Below are positions 41,301-47,225 of a stretch of DNA of 64,000 nt, one piece after another (position 1 is the first letter of the stretch; the number at the start of each line of letters is the position of its first letter). Where the stretch lies: NCBI GenBank assembly GCA_038884975.1, contig JAWAAW010000003.1:19502-83501 (forward strand), given 5' to 3'. The notes under the pieces are model-generated. The model was not told the DNA's origin, did not search any database, and saw only the letters and a list, made by a program, of their open reading frames with translations. The stretch comes from Candidatus Woesearchaeota archaeon. GTDB lineage: Archaea > Nanobdellota > Nanobdellia > Woesearchaeales > ARS49. Made by a program: the position numbers and the translations under genes.

Positions 41301-41728
41301 ACGAGCAAAGGATGCTTCTTGACCCAGTCCCAAACCCTGCTGAAATCAAAGCTAATGTCGTCATCGCTTTTCTTTTCTTCTGAATGCTCTTTTTTTGTAA
41401 ACCATGACTTTATTTTTGAAAAATCAATTGAGATATCATCATCGTCCTTCTTTTGCTCTTGAGCCTGGTGCGTATGCTCTTTTTTCGTGAACCAGGACTT
41501 TATTTTTGAGAAATCAATGCTTAACTCGTCATCCTCTTTTTTCTCAACGCTTGCCGGAGAATGCTCGTGCTTTGCCTCATGGGGAACGACTGCGTGCTTG
41601 TCAGAAACAAGCGAAGGCTCTGTGCTTGTTCCCTCCTTCGGTTCTGGCTTGGCTTCCTGCTTCTTTTTCCTCTTGAACCAATCACTTACTTTTCCAAAAT
41701 CAATTGAAAGTTCGTCATCCCCGGGCAT
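38303..41728 (-). CDS. aglB: Oligosaccharyltransferase AglB (STT3) with N-terminal repeats and C-terminal FKBP-type PPIase domain
   Basis: DIDPY, DTD, TVAEL, SWWDFGH and DMIGK motifs; C-terminal YTGALLDGTVFDSS...GQVIEGFD...IPPNAAYG. Confidence 0.93.
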   Translation of the reverse strand: MPGDDELSIDFGKVSDWFKRKKKQEAKPEPKEGTSTEPSLVSDKHAVVPHEAKHEHSPASVEKKEDDELSIDFSKIKSWFTKKEHTHQAQEQKKDDDDISIDFSKIKSWFTKKEHSEEKKSDDDISFDFSRVWDWVKKHPLLVILGVLLIMQFVPNRIVLGSKDFYMPWGGMYMRLRSEELPMTEGWANSHVTTLLKNQLVDALNQQYPNLPDERKQKIIDEEWNKIYNQQKSQIDLQVKAVNQQIKEFWKYDVDGKKYTYMPDIDPYTYLRYARNLLEKGKYADEIRDGKLIDNHMVAPLGGEFRRELQPYMLLWQYRILRIFSPKITLMQAASYFPIIFILLAMVPAFFIGRRFAGIPGGIITATTVAILPSIIVRTGWGHADTDAYNIFFPLLITWLYTLMIDAEEIKKIIGFSVMTGFVMGLYAFAWRGGWWYVFDFILAAFAILVTSEIVRNHKHVNKLKEIIKKRAILSITYLASSAVFVSLFTEFQQFTGALLQPLHFVIIKAAAHPTLWPNVYTTVAELNPTDINGVVGSVGGWAMFWIAIAGIAMLLFRRSEGKWSVDLKYAPLFALWIIATMYASLKGVRFTLLMAPAFSVVFGIALGKAYDWAVRVSIKDLHLNKFAAHGVMIALITFTLMGQARAAYSAGGSDIPIMNDAWWSTLTAIKEDSRPDAIINSWWDFGHHFKYVADRAVTFDGASQNTPMAHWIGRVLATSDETEAVGILRMLDCGSNSAFEVINSQLKDPVKSAKLLYRLVVADKKEALAILASEDINEQEKILKLTHCDPPEDYFIASGDMIGKSGVWSHFGFWNFERAKLWMELKNLPQEEAVQIMMNEWNYTREQAEQAYFDVQAITSESDANTWISPWLGILGEAADCQTQGDLIGCTNGLIYNASEHVAVIKTDQGVGRPSVAITITADGGMKKTSLNNSNTGVGFLLYPTGIGTYKCVMGSPELLTSIFARLYFLEGHGLHHFIKFKSEREITGGSIHTYKVDWAGNTTQVYSGFEAIRMAEEEKKNETKKKGAQEGDEVSVYYTGALLDGTVFDSSIKDWKKNNITIESSFDDYELSQPLRFIIGSGQVIEGFDAAVRGMEPGEEQIVQIPPNAAYGFDPKAHKLGNQTLRFKIRLVGLTPKSS
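41315..41725 (-). repeat. Four-copy peptide repeat DD(E/D)(L/I)S(I/F)DF(S/G)(K/R)xxxW(F/V)xK in the AglB N-terminus
   Basis: DDELSIDFGKVSDWFKRK, DDELSIDFSKIKSWFTKK, DDDISIDFSKIKSWFTKK and DDDISFDFSRVWDWVKK. Boundaries approximate. Confidence 0.9.
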
Positions 41729-41857
41729 TATTCTTATCCCCCGAGCATCGCAGAATGTGGTTGACTTAAAAAGCTTTCGTGGGAATTCCGGGCATTAGTT
41801 CGAATACTGCTATAACAGCGTCTTACAGGCGAAGATACCTGACGATTCCTGAAGCTC

Positions 41858-42943
41858 TTATGCGAAAGCGTACTTTGCAAAATAAATCAATCGCGGTTCT
41901 GCAAGCAAGAGCCTGAGCAAGAATCTTGAGGGGTATTCGCGCGGATACCTATATAATATACTCTTTATCCTTCTGTTGGACATCAAGCTTATCAGCCTGC
42001 AGTAATCATCGTCAGAAAACCTATTGAGAATCCTCCTGAGCTTGCTGTGAAGCCATAATTCCTTCCTGAGCTTTCTTAGATTCTCTTCATAACTTGTTCC
42101 AGTAATTATGCTCTCTGCTACTGCCTTTGCCGAAAGCATTCCTGTAATAATGCCCCCGCCTGTCGTGTCCTTGACAAAACCACCTGCATCACCAACAAGG
42201 AACGTGTTGCCATTCTGAACCCTCCGCCTGTGCTCGTATATCGGAATGGGTGCTGCCTGCCGAGCAACAATCTTGCCGCCAGCCATCTTCATCAATCGCT
42301 GAAAGCATTCTGCACAATTCTTGTCATTCGTGGTGGCAACACCAACCCTCGAGAGCTCCCTGCTTTCCGGAACGCTCCAAGCAAAGAAGCCAGGAGCAAT
42401 ACTGCCGAACCAGACAGTAAAAACCCCTGGATTGTATTCTGCCTGTATTGTTGCCTGCTGTCCCACGTAGAATTTCTTGTTCTTGCCAAGCCCTGAAGTT
42501 TCTGCAACCTTGCTCAACGGACCATCTGCACCGATGAGAATATCGCAATTTTCCTCAACGGTTTGATTGTTAAAGCGGAAGAAGAGCTTGTTGCCGTTTC
42601 TGCCAATGTAACGATGCCCAAGCAGGATTTTCGCTCCTGCCTTCCTTGCTTTTTCTGCAAGATGGTTGTCAAATTTTTTCCTGCAAAGGACAAACTCCTT
42701 CAGGGAAATGTGAAGTTTTTCATTCCTTGGCCCAACTATGTCAACGCCCTCAAGCTCATTTATGACGTAATCCTTGCTGTATTCAATAAGGTCAAACAAT
42801 GCCTTTGTCACAATCCCTGTGCACGCTATTGGCTCGCCTATCTTGTCGTGGTCTTCAAAGATTGTGACATCATGACCTGCCTTTGCGAGCAGGAAGCCCG
42901 CATAACTGCCTGAAGGTCCTGCGCCAACGATTGCTATCCTCAT
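41858..42943 (-). CDS. Geranylgeranyl reductase-family flavoprotein
   Basis: VGAGPSG, PIACTG, GADGPLS, FAWSVP and VGDAGG..KDTTGGGI motifs. Confidence 0.85.
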   Translation of the reverse strand: MRIAIVGAGPSGSYAGFLLAKAGHDVTIFEDHDKIGEPIACTGIVTKALFDLIEYSKDYVINELEGVDIVGPRNEKLHISLKEFVLCRKKFDNHLAEKARKAGAKILLGHRYIGRNGNKLFFRFNNQTVEENCDILIGADGPLSKVAETSGLGKNKKFYVGQQATIQAEYNPGVFTVWFGSIAPGFFAWSVPESRELSRVGVATTNDKNCAECFQRLMKMAGGKIVARQAAPIPIYEHRRRVQNGNTFLVGDAGGFVKDTTGGGIITGMLSAKAVAESIITGTSYEENLRKLRKELWLHSKLRRILNRFSDDDYCRLISLMSNRRIKSILYRYPREYPSRFLLRLLLAEPRLIYFAKYAFA

Positions 42944-43016
42944 GTGCTGGCGGACTTTGGCGTTTGTTTTAAGGCTTACGCACAAATAGGTCACTCCTAC
43001 AAAGTAGTGATAAATA

Positions 43017-43030
43017 CGAAGCTTTATAAA
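43017..43030 (+). promoter_or_regulatory. BRE/TATA promoter upstream of 43076
   Basis: CGAAGCTTTATAAA; similar boxes at ~45810 (CGAAAGCTTTATAAA) and ~53320. Confidence 0.6.
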
Positions 43031-43075
43031 GACCTGCCAATACTTGTTTTACAATAATTATAGGGGTAACTCACA

Positions 43076-44182
43076 ATGAAAACACAAACCACCAAAAACT
43101 CATTTTACACGTTCTTGACAAACACAGGCAAAAAAATTGCAAGAAAAGCCCGCAATGCAATTGCAGGAGCAACAATCCTTGCAGGCTCGCTTGCCGGTGC
43201 ATACGCACAGGAAGAACAAAAACAACCAACTGTTCCTCCGCCAACATACCTGACACAAAAGAAAACAACCACCGCTGAAACACCGCAAGACCTTTCAACC
43301 AAGGCAATCCTTAACGGCAATGCATATTTTGATTCAGAAACAAAAGGGGCAACAGGCACAGCAAAGGGAATACTCGACTTTGGAAACTGCGGCCTTGACA
43401 TTTACGGAAACAGCTTCCTGACAAGACAGGACTTTGACGAATACAAGATAGACGGAGACGGAGCGCGCGCATGGGCAGGAATTCACGCGTATTTCCCGCT
43501 TGCAAGAGACCTTGTGCTTTATGGCGCAGCAGCCGGAGGGCTTGAAAAACGCATTTACACAATCAAGTTTGACAACGACTCAGAAGACTTTGACTTCGGA
43601 AACAGAAGCCCGTTTGCGACAGCAACAATTGGCATCGCGCAGGGCAGGCTCAACGACCCAGACAATTTCGGCGTCGGGAACGACATGAACCGACTGCTCA
43701 TAAAGGCAACATGGCACAACGGAAGTGCAGAAGGCGATGTTGAAGAGCACGGCTATGGAGACGATTACGAAGCAAGACGCTACTCCGCAGAAGGCAGGTT
43801 TGTCCTTTTCAAGGATGTTTTTGCTCACGGAGACAGCCTTGCAGCCACAGGAGGAATTGCATCACTTTGCGAAAAAATAGGCAACTTCCTCAAGCAGAAC
43901 CACGTCGCAGGAGAAGCAGGAATGCGCTGGAACCTGCCTGACCATACAGGATATGTGGAACCGGGCGTTGTCATCAAGGACGTGGAAAGCACACTTGCAG
44001 GAAGCAAGACAACAGACAAGCTTGTTGGACCACAGCTCAAGACAGGACTGCGCATTTACCGCGGTAACACAGTAACCATTGACGCAACCCTTGAAGCAGG
44101 ATACTTGTCCAGCAAGAAAAGCGATGACCAGTGGTACATTGCTCCCGGGCTCACAGTCTGGCTTGGCAAAAAATCAAAATAA
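43076..44182 (+). CDS. Exported protein with beta-barrel-like strand pattern
   Basis: Signal peptide ending AYA, about 13-14 alternating amphipathic strands, aromatic last strand WYIAPGLTVWLG; GGGGT RBS. Confidence 0.6.
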   Translation: MKTQTTKNSFYTFLTNTGKKIARKARNAIAGATILAGSLAGAYAQEEQKQPTVPPPTYLTQKKTTTAETPQDLSTKAILNGNAYFDSETKGATGTAKGILDFGNCGLDIYGNSFLTRQDFDEYKIDGDGARAWAGIHAYFPLARDLVLYGAAAGGLEKRIYTIKFDNDSEDFDFGNRSPFATATIGIAQGRLNDPDNFGVGNDMNRLLIKATWHNGSAEGDVEEHGYGDDYEARRYSAEGRFVLFKDVFAHGDSLAATGGIASLCEKIGNFLKQNHVAGEAGMRWNLPDHTGYVEPGVVIKDVESTLAGSKTTDKLVGPQLKTGLRIYRGNTVTIDATLEAGYLSSKKSDDQWYIAPGLTVWLGKKSK

Positions 44183-44256
44183 ACCAACAGCTTTAAAAAT
44201 ACCACTCAATAGTAAAAACAAGTAACATTCACTAAAACCACAGGGGGTAACAAAAA

Positions 44257-44979
44257 ATGAACAAAGTCATGAAGGGTTTGGGAACAATCGTTTTGGCACT
44301 TGCGGGATGCACAAGTCCTGCCACACAGGAAAAGCCAAAACTTACAAGGGAATACATGCAACAGGTGGAACAAAGAATCAATAATATTGATTCGGACAAC
44401 AAGCGCACTGCCCAAGAGGCTGCAGAGCTTTCAAGCTTGTACGCGGTATTCAATGACAACACGCCTGAAGATGATGCGAACAATGCTCTTTATGAAAAAA
44501 TTTTCAAGAAGCTCGAGGAAGCACAGAAGGAAACCTACAAAAAAATGGAGTTCTATGTCGGATTTACAGGGGTTAACACAGAAGAGTACAAGAATGCGCC
44601 GGGTAATGTCGGAATAACAAGACCGCTTGACAAGGTCACAGGACAGAAGCTTGTAGAGTGCATCGGAGAGCAACGCGCATACCAGTTAATGTCACAGCTC
44701 AAGCCTGTTGAGGAATACAAGGGTCTGCCTGTCACAAAAGGTCCTGCTGAGGAAGGCGGACAGCGCATAGTCTGCCTTGAAAATGTTGCTGTAGAGATGA
44801 CACTTGATGAAGCAAAGGCTGTCGTTGGAGACAAGCTCGGACGCCTCACAAAACAGCGCCTTGAGGAGCTTACAGACGGCAAAAAGCAGAACGGCGAAAT
44901 GTATAAGGCATGGCTGATTGCAGAAACCTGCAAGGGATATGACCTGCCAAAGCAACAGCCGGCTGCTGACAAGAAATAA
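44257..44979 (+). CDS. Hypothetical lipoprotein
   Basis: Lipobox LALAGC; GGGGGT RBS. Confidence 0.75.
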   Translation: MNKVMKGLGTIVLALAGCTSPATQEKPKLTREYMQQVEQRINNIDSDNKRTAQEAAELSSLYAVFNDNTPEDDANNALYEKIFKKLEEAQKETYKKMEFYVGFTGVNTEEYKNAPGNVGITRPLDKVTGQKLVECIGEQRAYQLMSQLKPVEEYKGLPVTKGPAEEGGQRIVCLENVAVEMTLDEAKAVVGDKLGRLTKQRLEELTDGKKQNGEMYKAWLIAETCKGYDLPKQQPAADKK

Positions 44980-45012
44980 TTTTTTTTCAGATTTTGAGAT
45001 TATTGGTGAGGC

Positions 45013-45777
45013 ATGAACGCAAAACAATGGAATGCAACAATGTTCAGCGCATTGGCAGCGCTTGTCATAATTGCAGTTCCGTTCCTTGCAGTTGCCAGCG
45101 ACATTGATTTTGGAGGGTTCTTAGACATTGATGCAGGAGGCTTCACTGACATTGATTTTGGAGGGTTCTCAGACATTGATGCAGGAGGCTTCACTGACAT
45201 TGATTTTGGTGGTCAGTCAGATATTGATTTTGGCGGTGCAGCAGTTGGTGCAGGCGTTGAAACAGGAATTCCAGGATTTGACCCCTTTGATGATGATTTC
45301 GGACCATTTGATAACATCCCTGGAAACCCCTCAGGCGACGACATCGTCATCCCACAACCGCACCCAGAAGAACCACCAGTCATACCGCCACCAGTGGTGC
45401 CTCCTGTAGAGCCAACACCGCAGCCATCGCCATCACCTGAAAGCAAGGATTACCTGCGCATTTTCATACACAACATATTCATGAACAACCCGTTTGACGA
45501 GCAGCCTGGAGACCAAGTTGCTTTGAGAATAACCTTTGAGAACACAGGCACAAAAAAGCTTGAAAACACAAAAGTCATAGTCGGAATACCAGACCTTGCA
45601 GTCAAGGCATCATTCGGCCCGCTTGACCTTGGAAAAGGCGAAAAAGCAACAGCAACAGCATACCTTGAACTGCCAGAAGACACAATGCCGGGAGTTTATC
45701 CTGTGAGAATCCAGATTTACAACGAGAACTCACAACGCATAGTGCACCGCGAAATAGAGGTGGTTGACTACTCATAA
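45013..45777 (+). CDS. Exported protein: acidic octapeptide repeats, Pro-rich linker and CARDB/Ig-like domain
   Basis: Signal peptide, DID(F/A)GG repeats, ITFENTG and PGVYPVRI. Confidence 0.75.
   Translation: MNAKQWNATMFSALAALVIIAVPFLAVASDIDFGGFLDIDAGGFTDIDFGGFSDIDAGGFTDIDFGGQSDIDFGGAAVGAGVETGIPGFDPFDDDFGPFDNIPGNPSGDDIVIPQPHPEEPPVIPPPVVPPVEPTPQPSPSPESKDYLRIFIHNIFMNNPFDEQPGDQVALRITFENTGTKKLENTKVIVGIPDLAVKASFGPLDLGKGEKATATAYLELPEDTMPGVYPVRIQIYNENSQRIVHREIEVVDYS
45100..45237 (+). repeat. 24-nt tandem repeat, about 6 units in an alternating A/B pattern
   Basis: GACATTGATTTTGGAGGGTTC.. alternates with GACATTGATGCAGGAGGCTTCACT; in frame. Confidence 0.92.
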
Positions 45778-45878
45778 ATAGTATTTCACTACTAGGGGAT
45801 AGATAAAATTCGAAAGCTTTATAAAGGGGTCGTACATAACGATAAAACACTAACGCTAACAAAAACAATGGGGGTATA

Positions 45879-47156
45879 TTGAAGATGAATCCGCTCAAAA
45901 TCGCAGTGATGCTCGTGCTTGCAATAGCACTTGCAACAACAGCTTTCGCACTCCCAATAACAGTGGAGAAAGTGGAAGTTGATGATGTCGAGCTGCAGGA
46001 AGGCGCCTCAAACAGGTTCGACGTCCTGCGCGGCGACAAGATAGAAGTTGAAGTCCTGTTCACACCATACGAAAATGTCAAGGACATGCAGATTGAGGCA
46101 TTCTTCAGCGGCGACGAACACAATGACGTAATGCCTGCATACGACGTGACAAGCACTTTCGATGCAGATGCAGGAGTCACTTACCGCAAGAAACTCAATA
46201 TTAACATTCACGAGTTCTTTGAAGAGGACGCGTACAAGCTCCGCCTTATATTCTCAGACAGGGATGGAGAAGAGCTCGTGCAGAATTACAACATAAAGAT
46301 CGACGTGCCAAGGCACGGAGTGATGATACGCGATATAACCTTCAATCCCGAAGGCAAGGTAAAGGCAGGAAGCGCGCTTTTGGGCGTTGTCAGGGTGCGC
46401 AATGTTGGTGAGAAAGACGAGGAAGACGTCAAGGTCACTATGAGCATCCCTCAGCTTGGAGTGAGCGCTTCAGACTACATTGACGAAGTCGAGAATGGCG
46501 ATGAAGAGGAAGAGACAGAGGAACTCTACCTCAGGATACCAAAATGCACAAAGCCGGGCGTTTATGACGTGAATGTTGAGGTGGCATACAACGACGGCTT
46601 CAGAAAGGAACGTGCAACAAAGCAGATAGAAGTGCTTGCGGATGACACGTGCGAGGACACTGCCGCAGCACCTGCAACGAAGGCAAAAACAACCATTGCC
46701 GTGGGAAGCCAGCTCGAGAATGTCATACAGGGCGGCACAGCAGTCTTCCCAATAACAATCACTAACTCAGGAAGGACAAGCAAGTCCTACACAGTGAATG
46801 TTGAAGCAGGCGACTGGGCAACAGTCAAGATAACGCCGACCAGCACAGTCGTGCTTGACGCAGGCAAGACACAAACAGTATATGTCTTTGTCGAGGCAAG
46901 CAAGAACGCGCCGGTTGGTGCACAGGTTGTTACAGCAGCCATAAGCACAAGCGGACAACCGCTTGAGAGCCTGACACTGACAGCAAATGTCCAAAAGGCA
47001 GGCAAGAGCGCACTCAGGAGCGTGCTCGAGTGGGGCCTCATAGTGCTCGTGGTGATTCTTGTCATACTTGGGCTGATAATCGGATTCAGCCGCCTTAAGG
47101 GTGACGATGTTGGGGAAGCACAGCCTGAACAACCACAACCGCAAGCTTACTACTAA
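45879..47156 (+). CDS. Surface protein with Ig-like (CARDB/NPCBM-associated-like) domains and C-terminal TM anchor; S-layer-associated candidate
   Basis: Signal peptide, VRNVG, PGVYDV, ITNSG and C-terminal TM; strong promoter and GGGGGT RBS. Confidence 0.7.
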   Translation: MKMNPLKIAVMLVLAIALATTAFALPITVEKVEVDDVELQEGASNRFDVLRGDKIEVEVLFTPYENVKDMQIEAFFSGDEHNDVMPAYDVTSTFDADAGVTYRKKLNINIHEFFEEDAYKLRLIFSDRDGEELVQNYNIKIDVPRHGVMIRDITFNPEGKVKAGSALLGVVRVRNVGEKDEEDVKVTMSIPQLGVSASDYIDEVENGDEEEETEELYLRIPKCTKPGVYDVNVEVAYNDGFRKERATKQIEVLADDTCEDTAAAPATKAKTTIAVGSQLENVIQGGTAVFPITITNSGRTSKSYTVNVEAGDWATVKITPTSTVVLDAGKTQTVYVFVEASKNAPVGAQVVTAAISTSGQPLESLTLTANVQKAGKSALRSVLEWGLIVLVVILVILGLIIGFSRLKGDDVGEAQPEQPQPQAYY

Positions 47157-47225
47157 GCTTGTGGGATTTTTCACTTTTTTCTCCCGTGCCCTGCCTGAAC
47201 CACATGGCACACGTGGAGTGACAAA

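Noticed and set aside
41800..41850. Hammerhead or HDV-like ribozyme (CTGACGA present)
   Set aside because: No correctly placed GAAA and stems I-III, and no HDV pseudoknot could be built.
45100..45237. CRISPR-like periodic repeat
   Set aside because: In-frame 24-nt coding repeat without unique spacers.
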